Source of the DNA: Selaginella moellendorffii
Lineage: Eukaryota > Plantae > Lycopodiophyta
Length of the DNA: 64,000 nt
Reading direction: 5' to 3'
NCBI RefSeq assembly: GCF_000143415.4
Contig: NW_003314271.1
Span: forward strand, 62,001 to 126,000
Position numbers and translations under genes: made by a program. Shown piece after piece: positions 37,877 through 50,660 of this stretch; positions within the stretch are counted from its first letter, which is position 1, and every line of letters starts with the position of its first letter. The notes under the pieces were generated by a model. The model was not told the DNA's origin and ran no database searches. It saw nothing but the letters and a program-made list of their open reading frames with translations.

Positions 37877-39740
37877 CTAGCCACCACCAGCACCACCACC
37901 GAGCATTGGCCGGACACTCGGCGGGTGGTCACCTCGGCTACCCGATACCAGCGCCCGGTAGCAAAGCACCGAGTAGAACTCGGGCATGAGCTCGATCCTC
38001 CACTCCGGCTCCAGCAGCGCAAAGTGGCGATCGCTAACGCGATGGTAGCACTGGAACCAGAGGTAGCGCAGCAGCGGTAAGCCCCGGATGCCACACACGA
38101 TCGCGGCGTCGCTAAACGGGCAGTTCCTCACCTCCAGCTTGCGGAGATTCGAGCACCCTCTTGCCAGACTGACGAGCCCGCGGTCCGAGGTGTCCGAGTC
38201 GCTCAGGCAGCCGAGAAGGATCCACTTGAGCTGCTGCCCGAGTCGCCCGATGCTCTCCAGGCCCCTGTCCGTGAGTCCGCCTTCCTTGAGGTAGAGTGCC
38301 AACTTGGTGATGCTCGGGCAGCGCTGGAGCAGGGACTGGACGCCGGCGTCCAGTGGCTCGGCCATGTCCGGCGCGGTCTCGAGGATCCCCAGCCGGAAGT
38401 CGAGCAGGCCCGGGCACGACTCCGCTAAGGCCTCCAGGGACGAGTTGGCGGCGTCGTGGACGTACATGGAGAAGCTCTGGAGATGGACGCAGCTCTTGGC
38501 CAGCGCCAGCATGCCGGAGTTAGAGATCGAGAAGCCGTGCTGTTCTTGCTGCCTCATGTTCTCGATCCGGATGCGTTGCAGGCCTTTGCAGTGGCTTGCG
38601 AGGAGCTCCAGCCCGATGTCGCCGATTATATCTCTTGCCTGTCACGGTTCGTCAGTACATCTTTGAGTCACCATCGCAAGAACAAGAGCTAGAAAGTCCA
38701 TGCCAGGAAGAAAACTTGCCTTAAAGACTTGGAGATTGCGACAGCCCTTGATGATCTCCAGGTGTTGCTCGTGATTGGCAGTGGTGTACAAGAGATCCAG
38801 ACTGGTGAGCGCGCTCGCGAGATTCGGCTCCATTGCCAGCTGGAGATCACCAGAGAAAGAGCTCAGTGACGATGGTAAAGAGACTTGAATGAGGCCGCAG
38901 AAACCGAGCTCCTGGAGGGAGCTTTGTCGCAAATCCAGCCTGCGATTGCGAGAAGGGTCCTCCAGATCGTTGAGTTTCAAGCTCTTGAGCTTGGAGCTGC
39001 TCACGATCTCCTCGACCAGCCGGATATCTCTAAGTTCCAAGCCTGTCATGGACAGGTTTAAGGCCTCGAGGCTAGCGCACGAATGGATAAGTTCACGCAG
39101 CCACTGTGATCCTTTGTCCTCGATATCGCTCTCGTCCAGCGAGAGCACCCTCAAATCCCTGCGGGAAATCTTTGTTTCATTCATTCATTGATCGGGGATT
39201 TCTAACGTACCTGCACGATCGAGCGATGGATTCCAGGCCCAGCGATGTGAATCCGGAGCATTTCTCGAGCTTGAGAACCTGTAGCGCGTCGCGGAACGTC
39301 TCGGCCAGGAGCGCCAGATCCTCGTCGGAAATCTCCATGCGCTTGAAATGGAGCGAGGCGAGAGCGCCAAACAGCGATCTCGCCCTCGCCAGCGCCAACG
39401 CGGCGATCCAGGGGCCGCCATAGCCTCCCCAGTCGACTGGAATGAGCCCGAAGTCGCTAGCCCTAGGCTTGCCTTTGATCTTGAGCGCGCGCAGCTGCCC
39501 GAATCGATCGATCACGTAGCCCGGGCTCACGGCGTAGGAGAAATTCACAGTAATCTTCTCCCTGGTGGCGCTCTCGGCATCGCGCCACTGCCGGCACACC
39601 CGCGCGACGCTGGCGTGGTCTTGATCGTCGCCGAGGCGCGAGAAGATGATCTTGAGGAGATCGTCTGGAAGGCGGCTGTTGATGCTGTCTGGATCATCAT
39701 CGGCGTGAATCCACCGCCTGGAGATCTTCATGGAAGCCAT
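37877..39740 (-). CDS. COI1-like F-box/LRR protein, ~576 aa, 3 exons (39211-39740, 38720-39158, 37877-38638)
   Basis: F-box, LKIKGKPRA..F.LIP.DWGGY, LKLEKCSGF, IIGDIGLELLA, LLDFRL, LYLKEGGLTD.GL, KLEVRNC, LRYLW, WRIEL. Intron 2 is GC-AG; exon lengths sum to 1731 nt. Confidence 0.88.
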
Positions 39741-39956
39741 AGCAATTCTTCTTTCTTTTCTAGTTCTTTCTACCTAGTCTTGGGTAGTCGTTACTTCTCC
39801 CTCTTATATCATGATAGAATATTCGCATACCTCTTTACTTTTAAAAAGAAAAGATGCTCTGATGTATGACGCATCCGGTAATGGGGGGGTCACATGACAC
39901 GTTTGATCATAAGCCCTAGAAGGATATTCTATTTGAAATCTTAGGGTTTATGGGCT

Positions 39957-41095
39957 ATGGCACTGTGTAGCTATTCCACTCCGGCTCGGAATTTGGGGTT
40001 CTTCGCTCCGGCCAGGCGCGCCGCGGCCAAAAATGTGGCCATTGGATTGCGGCTTCGCAGATCTTCGCTGGCGCGCGCGGCATTGCGGAACGATTCATTG
40101 CCGAAGAAGAAGCATCAGCAGACGGAGGATTTGCTCGCGGAGCTCGAAGGTGAGGGGAATTAGATGGGATTTGTGGCGCTGACAGGAGATTTTAGATGAA
40201 ATACAACCGTTTCTGGAGCTCCAGCGCGAGAGCGCCATGCGTTTACGCACAAGTAAGATTTTTTCCTTGTTCTTGTCTTCGTGTATTCTTATCGTTTTCT
40301 ACTTTTTTTTCCTGCGATTGCAGTGAAGCATTACGAGATCATGTACCTAGTGCACGAAGCGAAAGTTGGAGAGCTCAAAGAGATCGTGGATAAATTCACT
40401 GGTTAGCTACAATGTTTGTGTTTTTCCTTCTTGATTGAAATGCTGCTCCAGGTTTTGTCAAAGAGAAGAAAGGGAGGATCTGGAGATTCAATGACTGGGG
40501 GATGAGAAGGCTGGCGTACAAGATCAAAAAGACGTGGCACGCGAACTATATCCTGATGAACATCGAGGTTGGGTCCGAGTATATCAACGAGCTCAACGCA
40601 CTCCTGGAGAAGGACGAGAGGATCATCCGGCATATGATCATCACGAGAAAGAAGGCCATCTCCAAGAAAACGGTGCCTCCGGAGGAGCTTCCACCGTCGC
40701 GAGCGGAGCTCTTGGAGAAGGAACTGGCGGCGGAAACGGCCGCCGAGGAGGCTGCGGAGAAAGAAGAGAAGGAAGCTAGAGTTGCGAAAAGGAAAGCTAG
40801 GAGGGAGGAAGCAGCAGCAGCAGCAGCAAAAGCAAAGGATGAAGTGAAGGAAGATGAAGTTGAAGTTGGAGAGGAAGATGACGACGATTTGGAAGATTTG
40901 GATCTATCAGCATTGAAAGAAGAGGATGAGATTGAAGACGAGGAGGAGGAGATTGAAGACGAAGACGATGAAGAAGATTTTGACGACGACGAAGACGATA
41001 GTGAAGAGGACAGTGAAGTGGAAGACGACGATGAAGAAGAAAACGAAGAAATCAGTGCGAAGGCACAGCCAAATCAAAGCCCACGAAAAAGGTGA
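39957..41095 (+). CDS. Plastid ribosomal protein S6-family protein (RFC3-like) with an acidic C-terminus
   Basis: Transit-peptide-like N-terminus, HYEIMYLVHE, GRIWRFNDWGMRRLAYKIKK..HANYILMNIE, DERIIRHMI, D/E-rich tail. Confidence 0.88.
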
Positions 41096-41284
41096 CGAAG
41101 GAACCGGAGATTATCGAAAATTTTGTTCGGCTTTTAAGCCCAGTTAAGTACAAAACTTCGAGAGAGCCAGAGTTCGCTTCTAGCTGCTATTCACTCTTTA
41201 AATCTGCAAGAGAAAACTCCTTATGAAGCACTCGACCGTGCAATACTTCTTTGTTTTTTCTCGCGTGAGGATTTAGATTCGAGT

Positions 41285-43354
41285 CTACCTATGATCAGCA
41301 CCAATTGCTTCCTGGGCAGACTTGAATCCATCTCTTTCAAGGCAAGCTGCTAACTCGGCCTGTGCAAAAAAAAAAAACCAAACAAAACACTTGTAAAACA
41401 CTGAATGGTCTCACGTACTTTGATTCGGGGTATAAGCGCTGGGCCTTCATATGCAAAAGTAGTATACAGTTGCACAAGAGTGGCACCCGCTCGAATCTTC
41501 ACGTATGCCTCTTCTCCACTGAAATATAAAAACTAAGGACCAAGAAAAAAAAAACATTCTTTTCATTGGAGAACATACCTGCTTATACCGCCACAGCCAA
41601 CGAGTGGAATTTTACCCTGTGAGAAAAGAATCAGCTCTGGTCAAGCCTCGAGATTCGCACACACTCACCCACGTAAGCTGGTACATTTCTCGAAGAACCT
41701 CCGTGGATAAGGTGAACAAAGGCTTTCCACTAAGCCCCCCCATTTCATCCGCGTGAACGAGACCAATGACTGAGTCGGGTCTTGAAACAGTCGTGTTAGC
41801 GATTATCTGGAAACATCACAGTACCGGTAAAAGGAAAGCTCAAACAGAAAAGCGCAAGGGCTCACCAAGCCATCCAATCGTAGCGAAAGTGCCACCTAAA
41901 GGGAAGAGAATCAGCTGAAAAGCAAGAAGATAGTTTAAGGAGAGAGTTTGACGTACAGCGGCAATATCCGCAAGATCTTGCTTTGACAGGTCGGGAGCGA
42001 TTTTCACGAGTAGCGGCGGAGGGCCCTCTTCACCCCACTGCATCTCATCTCGCGCTGCCAAAACCTGGAAACGAGTTTAAGCTTGGAAGAGATTCTCAAG
42101 TTACCTTCTTGATCAAGTCCTTGAGCTGCTTACGGCCTTGAAGTTTTCTCAGCCCGGGTGTGTTTGGCGATGAAACGTTTATTACCTGTGAAACGATCCT
42201 CTGCATCAGTACCAAACATAGATTTCTTCCCGCAAAACGTACCAAATAGTCTGCATATTGAGACAAGGTGTGCACACCTTGGACATAGTCTGCCGCGGCA
42301 TCTTCGCTTGTTTTGTTTTTACCCAAGTTTACCCCCAAAATCCCTGGACCAGCCTTGCCACCAAGAACACGTTGTTCCGTGTTCGTCGTTATGGCCGAAT
42401 TTACCGTCTCGGCCATCCTACGTTTACCGTGTTGTGCTCCTAACCTCTTCGCTACTGCTACGATTCCCTCGCTATTAAAACCGTATCGATTGATAATAGC
42501 ACTGCAATCACGGGAAAGAGAAACAAAACGAAGTTGTGAGAAACAACGAAGAGTAAAACCGAAGCACCAAACATGAAAAAACAAAAAAAAACGAATGACG
42601 TACTTGCTTACCCCTGTTCCGGTAATCTGAAAACTCTCGGTTTGGGATTGCCTTCTTGCGGGACAGGAGTTACGGAGCCAACTTCCATAAATCCGAATCC
42701 TATGCCAAGCAATCCCTCGACCGCCTCGGCGTTCTTGTCGAAACCAGCGGCAAGTCCGACTGGATTTGAGAAGGTTCGCCCCCAAACACTCACTTCCAGG
42801 ACGGGAGGATCCGGCCTAGTTTCTCTCGGACACAAGCAGTGCGAGGAGGCCCATATCGCTACCTTGTGAGCGTTCTCGGGATCCAAAAGCCGGAACAAAG
42901 GATTTATATACTTGGCGGCCTCGAACGTCCATGCGCTGCATGCATGGAAAATGGAGGATATATCAGTGTCTTCTTCCAAAGAACGTCTCTACGAGACGAT
43001 GAAGAGAATCGCGACGAAGGGATCGAAGGAAGTACCTGATAGTTGCCTCGTCTCGAGTACCAACATAAGCTCCACCAGCAATGACTGCTCCAAGCAAAGT
43101 TCCAGTTAAAACACGCCCCTGGAGCAAACAATCCAAACAATCGCAGCTAAGCTCGACTGGAAAAATCTCTCAAACTTTCTAATGCGCATACATACCCAAG
43201 TGAGGCGAATTTTTGGAGGAAGCGGTGGCTTCTGAAATGCCGCGGCGACCGCCTCCTTGGCGGATCCAGACGTCTCAGCTGCCGTGTGAATGCATGAGGA
43301 AGATCCATATGCAAACCGCCTCGCGATTGCGGCGAGAAGGCGCCCCTCCCGCAT
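41285..43354 (-). CDS. PYRD: Dihydroorotate dehydrogenase (quinone), mitochondrial
   Basis: [96 protein letters not shown]. Confidence 0.95.
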
Positions 43355-43650
43355 CCTATTTCGTCAATCCCGCGCTATCGCTCGCTCGCCATCGCCAGAG
43401 AGAAAGGAGGAAGGCCCTAATTAGGGCTGCTCTTTGCTTAAACCCTGGGAGGAATATCCTCCTAGGGTTTATGTGCCGCCCGGTCGGGGGTTCGAGTTTA
43501 TTTTCGCTCATCACGTGTAGGGCTGGAGGAGCTCCTGTGATCGCTACCGCTGGCGCTGGAGCTCCACGGCGAGGCGCATTTGTGATGCTCGCCTGGCCTA
43601 CGCATGAATTTCTGCCGCGATCGTGATCGCCGAGAGATCGCGGAGCGAGG

Positions 43651-46365
43651 ATGATCCGGAGAGTTTTCTGTGGCGTTCTCGCTCGCAGCAGTGCAGCGAA
43701 GGGGATTCTAGGTGATAATCGAGCTCTTGTTGCCGGTGAGCTACTCGTTTTCTCGAGATTCTCGTGTCGTCTGTGAGGGTTTATCGTTTTGTTTGATATT
43801 TCCAGGCTTGAATGCCGTGTTGTCTCCAAGGAATTTCAGCAGCCTGCCAGAGAAGGAGCTCAACGATTCACCTGTAAGGATTATCGATTCTCTTTTCCTT
43901 TTGGATCGGAATTCCTGACTGAGTAGATCGCTTTCGGGCAGCCAAAAGTGAAACTTCTCGTGGGAGGCGAGTTTATAGACTCTAAGACCAGCGATTGGGT
44001 TGATGTCGTCAATCCGGTAAGGTTGTTCCTTTTTTTTTACCTCTTTTCTTGACTCTATCAATACTCCAAAACGAAACCAAAAACTACAACAGGCTACGCA
44101 AGAAATCGTGTCTAGACTACCTCTGACGACGCCGTCCGAATTTGATGCCGCGGTCGATTCAGCGAAAGCTGCGTTTCCAAAATGGAGAGATACTCCTGTG
44201 ACAACGCGCCAGAGAGTCATGCTCAAGCTACAGGAGCTTATACGAAGAGATATGGTTCGTAGTTTTTTCCATTGTCGTGAGCTCTGTGCTAAGGACTTGG
44301 TACTGTTACAGGATAAACTGGCGTTGAACGTGACGACTGAGCAAGGAAAGACGCTTGGGGATGCTCGCGGCGATGTCTTCCGTGGATTAGGTGTGGTTGC
44401 TTTCAAGGCTTTTCCTTTTCTGGTTCTGTCTTTCCACGGCCTCACGTCGTTTTTAACGTGACAGAGGTTGTGGAGTTTGCGTGCGGCGCTGCAACTTTGC
44501 AAATGGGGGAGTTTGTGGAGAACGTTTCCACTGGCATTGACACATATAGTATAAGACAACCTCTGGGGATCTGTGCTGGAATTTGTCCCTTCAATTTCCC
44601 TGCGATGATTCCATTATGGGTGAGGCTTCGCTTTTCTACGTGAGGTTTTTATAGTAATCCTGTTTTCGCAGATGTTTCCAGTTGCTGTAACGTGCGGGAA
44701 CACCTTTGTCCTGAAACCCTCGGAGAAAGACCCTGGTAATCATCTTGTTCGCCTGGAGGTTTCAAACTAAACGAGTACGTTTTAATTGACAGGGGCGTCA
44801 TTGATGCTAGCAGAGCTTGCAGCGGAAGCTGGCCTTCCTCCTGGCGTTCTCAATATCGTTCATGGGACAAATGTTAGTGGTTAAGAGTGACTTGTACTGA
44901 TTTCACTGACTGCACTTTGTAGGACGTGGTGAACCGTATCTGCGATCATCCAGACATCAAGGCCGTGTCTTTCGTCGGATCGGACAAGGTTGGTTTGTCG
45001 TGAAATTTTGTCGGTTTAGAGTGAATGCCATCTTTTAATAATTTTTATTTTGGAACGCAGGCTGGCATGCACATCTACTCTCGTGCAGCTGCTACGGGCA
45101 AACGAGTTCAGGTAAGCTGTCTCCGTGGCTTTGAACCGAAACCAACATTTCCGAGTGTTATTCTCAGTGCAACATGGGGGCCAAAAATCACGCGGTGATT
45201 ATGCCTGATGCATCGGCTGAAGCGACAATGAATGCTTTAACTGGTGCTGCCTTTGGAGCCGCTGGCCAGCGTTGTATGGCCATCAGTACTGCAGTATTCG
45301 TTGGCGATTCAAAGCCTTGGTAAGAACAACTTTTTTCCCTTTGTATGATATTTTTTACTCGTCGTCGTCTACACAGGGAAGAGGGCTTGAAACAGCGGGC
45401 AATGAAATTGAAAATCGGCTGTGGCACAGAGCCCGGTGCAGATCTTGGCCCAGTTATAAGTAAACAGGTAAGAGCAACTAGTAGCTTTTGGTGGTTAACT
45501 AGATCTTGGCAGTTCAGGCAAAGGAGCGTATTTGCAGCCTCGTCGAGAGTGGGCTGAAAGACGGCGCGCGAGTTGTTCTTGATGGTAGAAATGTCGAGGT
45601 AGGCACTTGCATTGGTTCCTCGCGAGAGAGAGAGAGAGAACTTACAAGACGTATCAGGTTCCCGGCTTTACAAGTGGAAACTTTGTTGGGCCAACTATAC
45701 TAGCCGATGTTAGACCAGACATGGATTGCTACAAGGTATGGTCTCTTTTGATAAGAATGTCGTGAAGACTGAACACCAGTTGTCACTTTAGGAAGAGATA
45801 TTTGGCCCAGTTTTACTTTGCTTAAAGGTGAGTTTGATTCAAGTCTCGGTTGTGTTACATGAGTACTTACAATCCCAACGCAGGCAGAGACACTTGAAGA
45901 GGCGATTGAAATTGTAAATAGTAACAAGTAAGAACGTTTTTTGAGTTTCGCTCGCGATGATTCTAATCAGATCGTGTATAGATACGGTAACGGGACTGCC
46001 ATATTCACGACGTCGGGCCCGGCAGCGAGGAAGTTCCAACACGAGATTGATGTTGGCCAGGTCGGATTCTCTCTTTCCAGTGAAACATCTTATTGATCCA
46101 AGCGTTAATCTTTCCAGTAGGGATCAACGTCCCAATTCCAGTGCCTTTACCATTCTTCTCCTTCACGGGCTCGAGAGGTTCATTTGCGGGCGACCTCAAC
46201 TTCTATGGTAAGGTGGTGGAAACGTTTCGAGCTCTTAAGTTTTTGCTTGGATTCGCAGGCAAGGCTGGAGTCCACTTCTTTACTCACATGAAAACCGTGA
46301 CGACGCAGTGGAAAGACAGTCCAGGAGGCGTCACAATGGCGTTCCCGACCTCCCAAAAGGTGTAG
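43651..46365 (+). CDS. ALDH6B: Methylmalonate-semialdehyde dehydrogenase (ALDH6B), mitochondrial, many short introns
   Basis: [97 protein letters not shown]. Confidence 0.95.
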
Positions 46366-46526
46366 AACACACAACAATGTGATATAAAAGGCCAGCGGCT
46401 CATTATTTTTGGTTTCCTTTGAATTCAATCTCCTTGTGTTCTCTGCTGAAAAATCTGTAAGTGAATTTTCAGAAATAAAAGTGGATTTCACTCACATAAA
46501 AATTGTGGGAACGATGGCGATTGTCG

Positions 46527-48131
46527 CTATTTTGTTTCCTGATCTCCCTTTGTTTCCTCAGTTCTAGTGTTGGAGGTTTGCTGTTGCTGACTCGTTTGCA
46601 AGTAGAAAATGGAGAGAAATGTTGCAGTGAGGTATGGAAACACGGTCCAAATTCCCTGAGAAAGAAAAAAAAAATTCACTAAGTTTTGCAGCGAAGCTGG
46701 TAAAATCTCAAGTACCACAAAAGCTGCTACTCCTGCCAATGCTATTACTGGTCGATCACGAAGCATGAAACCAACGCTCATCTGTGACAAGGAGCCCACG
46801 GTTTTTGTTTCCCAGATCTTAGAAACGCAAATATATATACCTGTAATGGGAGTGTCAGAAGGCCGCCCAAGCAAACTCCCGCAAAGAACTTCGAGGCTTC
46901 AATCCCCTAGAACACACGTGACTTATATGTTAGAGAAGCTAAGTTTCAGGCAAAGAACTTACTTACACTGGCTCCGGCGAGAAATGAAGTTGGATTCCTT
47001 GCTCCAACTGAAAATCGCTCGACTGGTGCCAAAATCAAAAGAGTTAACTTTGGAGAGAAAGTTGGGCACTAGAATAGCGTACCAAAACCAATGACGTTGC
47101 CATAGCGTTGAACAGCTTTAGCGATCTCTTCTAGCTTCTCCCTGCTGATTCCTAGCTGCAAAATCGTTTTCACTCAAAGACTCAATCGACTTTTAGCACA
47201 CCTTGCTGCGGAAAGTCTCCCCAGAACCGGATTGCGCTGTGAGCTTTCCAGCGTAGAATGGAACCATATCGCTTATACACACTCCCCTGAAAGTCATAGA
47301 TAGAACGTCAAGGTTGAAAACAAAAAATAAAAACACCACCCACCAGTAAACCCACAAGATCGTCGACAGAATGAAAGTTCCATTCTGCGAGACAGAAGAC
47401 CAAAAAACCTCTCGAGTTGAGTTCCAAGTCAAGCTACGAGCAATGGCTGCTCCAACCTGAAAAAAACTTCCAATTCGAATCGATACAACGAAAGAAGGAA
47501 AGCAAACCATCACGAACCCAGACAACGAGCGCTTCCTCACTCACAAAGAGACCAAATCCAGCAGCCATGAGCAAGAGGAAATAAATCCACCTACACGAGA
47601 ACGAAGAAAAAAGAATAAGAGAGACCGAAAGGAAAGAAGCATTTGCATGCTTACCCGGGAGTTCGCTCTCCCAAAAAGATTTGCCTCCCGAAAATGTTGG
47701 CTGTGAAGGAAAATCCCGAGCCGCTACGCGCAAGCTGCGTGGAGCTCGATACATCCACCGATGTCACTCTCTTTACGGCAATGTATCCCACGAAGAGAAA
47801 TCCCGTGAGACCGGTGACAACCCCCAGCCACTTCCATCCAATCCTCCACCGCTGCTCTTGCTTTTGCGGCACTACTGGCGGTGATTCTTCCAAGAAATCC
47901 CGATCATCGGCGGCTGCGCTGCGCCTTGGAACGCTTGCGGATCGCCGCCTGGATTGCCTGGATCCATTTCTTTCGCAAAGCAAGCAAGGAGAGAAAATAT
48001 TACCTGACATTGAGAAGAATCGTCGATCGCAATGCCGAGAAATGCTGGCGCTGGAGACGCGCGTTCTCACATCGGAAATAAGGAGGAGGAGGGACCGTGA
48101 TCGCGAGCGCCGGCAGCAAGCCCACTGCCAT
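46527..48131 (-). CDS. DedA/VTT (SNARE-associated) family membrane protein, probably plastid
   Basis: SEEALV, GVCISDMVPFYAGK, RFSVGARNPTSFLAGA, SKFFAGVCLGGLLTLPLQ, VGFMLRDRPVIALA. Start codon inferred. Confidence 0.75.
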
Positions 48132-48224
48132 GGCTGGAAGCTCGCATAAACCCTAAAAACAGAGCAATGTTAAAAATGGGATATTCTCTTTTAGAACCCA
48201 AAACCCTTTTCACAAAGGGGAGAA

Positions 48225-50441
48225 ATGCCACCCTTGGCTATGGCGGCATTTCCATCGCCTCGCGGATTCTGGAAGCCGAGCTCGTCGCATTGGCAGGGGC
48301 AATGGCGTGGCTTTCGCGGGAGAATGGCGCTGGATCTCGACGAGCAGGCGAGGATTTCGCTCTCCCGCGCTTGCAAATCCGCCGGCATCGCCGTCGTCGC
48401 GCTCTTCTTCTCGGCCGGGGTAAGCCTGAGTGAAAATCCCGCCCTAGCGGCGCCGGCAGTGGTGGAATCATCGTCAGTGAGGGAAGATTGCGCGTCTTCT
48501 TCTCTAGCGGGAGGGATTCCCGACGCCTCGTCGAGCTTGGAGGTAACGGATGAGTCTCTTGTGGAATCGGCGTGGGAGCTCGTCAATGATTTCTATCTTG
48601 ATGCTAGGCACCACAAGTGGTCACCGGATTTGTGGCTGGTAAGTTTTCCAACTTCCATAGCTTCTTCTCTTTGGTTTTGCAGGAAAATCTCATTCTCGCT
48701 TCTACAGGCTCAGAAAGAAAAGGTGTTTCAGAGGCCATTCCAGAATCGAAAGGCTGCGTACTCGGCTATCAGAGAAATGCTTGCTACACTCGACGATCCA
48801 TTTACTCGATTTCTAACTCCCGATGAGGTAAAAAAAACAAAAGAGAAAAATTCTAGCTTTGAGACTTTGCGAGCTAACTCTCTTCTCGCATGCAGGACAG
48901 TTTTCCCAAACCTCAAAGTACGATATCACAGGCGTGGGCTTGAATATCGGAGAGGTACCGGATGAAAATGGACAAATCCAGCTTAGAGTTCTCGGTATTG
49001 TTCTTCAAAGCCCAGCCGAGCTGGCTGGAATTCAGCAGGTTGGTCAGTGGCTTTCACTCGTCCTGCCGCTTAGTTCTGATCTTCGCGTGGCAATTTGCTG
49101 CTTTTTTCCAGGGTGANNNNNNNNNNNNNNNNNNNNNNNNNNNNNNNNNNNNNNNNNNNNNNNNNNNNNNNNNNNNNNNNNNNNNNNNNNNNNNNNNNNN
49201 NNNNNNNNNNNNNNNNACGCAAAGGGACTCCTGTTTCAGTCGAGGTATCGTTCGAATTCTATGTTTTCTTCTTTTCTCTTGATACGCTAAGAGTTTCTCC
49301 ACGTCCAGGTTCGACGGTCTCAATGTGGAGACGTCCAAAGTTACGTGCTCTATCGCCAGCAAGACTTGCGAAGCCCTGTTTTCTACCGTTTAGAGCGTTC
49401 TGATGTCGCTAATGAGCGCCGCGGCTATGTTCGGCTCAAGGAGTTCAATGCCTTGACAAAGCGGGACCTGGTCACCGGTAAGAACTAGCTGATCTTGAAA
49501 CTCTTGGAACATTGATTCGCCTCTAACCAGGAAAGCACTTGTTGCAGCTTTGATGAGATTGCAAGCATCAGGTGCTTCATCGTTTGTTCTTGACTTGCGA
49601 GACAACTTGGGTGGCCTCGTCCAAGTGAGTAGTGTGGCTTATTTGGCTTCGAAGTGAAACGCTGGTGGACCTTACAGGAAGGTATTGAAGTGGCCAAGTT
49701 GTTTCTGGACGACGGGGAAACCGTGAGTAAAAATCTATCATCTCTTTAAACCATCTGGCTTTGACATAACGCGCAGGTTATATACACCACAAGGAGAAAT
49801 AATGCGTCATTACAAAGTATTGTAGCTAAAGGCCAACCTTTCCTGCGAGCGCCCCTCGTCGTAAGCTTTGTTTCTTCCAACCGGCTTGTGTTGTGCTCAC
49901 GTTTCATTCTATTTTGTCAAGGTTTTAGTGAACAACCGGACAGCCAGTGCGAGTGAAATTGTAAGTTTGTGCAGAGAAACGAATATAATATGCTTGGAAA
50001 TCTGGTGCTTTTCAGATGGCTGCTGCTCTCCATGACAACTGTAGAGCTGTTTTAGCTGGTAGCAGGACATTTGGGAAAGTAAGGACTAAAAAAAGAAATG
50101 ATGGTTTCACTGATTTTCTTGCATATCTTGCAGGGCCTGATTCAGTCTGTGTTTGAGTTCAACGATGGCTCTGGTGTAATCTTGACTGTTGGGAAATACA
50201 TGACACCTGCACACAGGGATATTGATGGGAATGGTTTGGAACCAGATTTCTGGAGAATGCCAGGTATTGCATATCAAGAGTCCTTTTATCTTTCTTTTTG
50301 TTCTGTTTTTTTTTTTTTTTTTTTTCTTTTGCCTTTTGTACTTCTTTTTTGTTTGTAATTTTCTAGCTAGGCTCTACGGAATCTAGATACAATTCTAAAG
50401 TGAAATTTGTACAGGCCACCTTGAAGTGGAGCAGAAGTTGA
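48225..50441 (+). CDS. Carboxyl-terminal processing peptidase (CtpA/S41), chloroplast; spans an N gap; 3' end approximate
   Basis: IREMLATLDDPFTRFL, KYDITGVGLN, GYVRLKEFNAL, VLDLRD.LGGLVQ, VNNRTASASEI, ALHDNCRA, TFGKGLIQSVFE..DGSG..LTVGKY. Confidence 0.88.
49117..49216. other. Assembly gap (100 N)
   Basis: Run of N inside the CtpA PDZ-coding region. Confidence 1.
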
Positions 50442-50660
50442 GAGCTTGTCTTTCAAAAAAGGCATCATGAAATTCTTGCTAGCACTAAAAACAAGAGGAA
50501 AAGAAAGAAGAAAAAGCAAATGAAATTTACTTTTTGTATTTGATCTGTTCAATCGATCGATCAAAAAAATAAAAAGTACAAACTCTTTTAACAAGGCTTT
50601 AGAAAAAGGGGAAAAAAAAAAAAGAAGAACCTTTGGCGGAGGAAGAAATTTGCAGTTCTC

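Noticed and set aside
48962-49403. ORFs spanning X residues
   Set aside because: Artefacts of the 100-N assembly gap.
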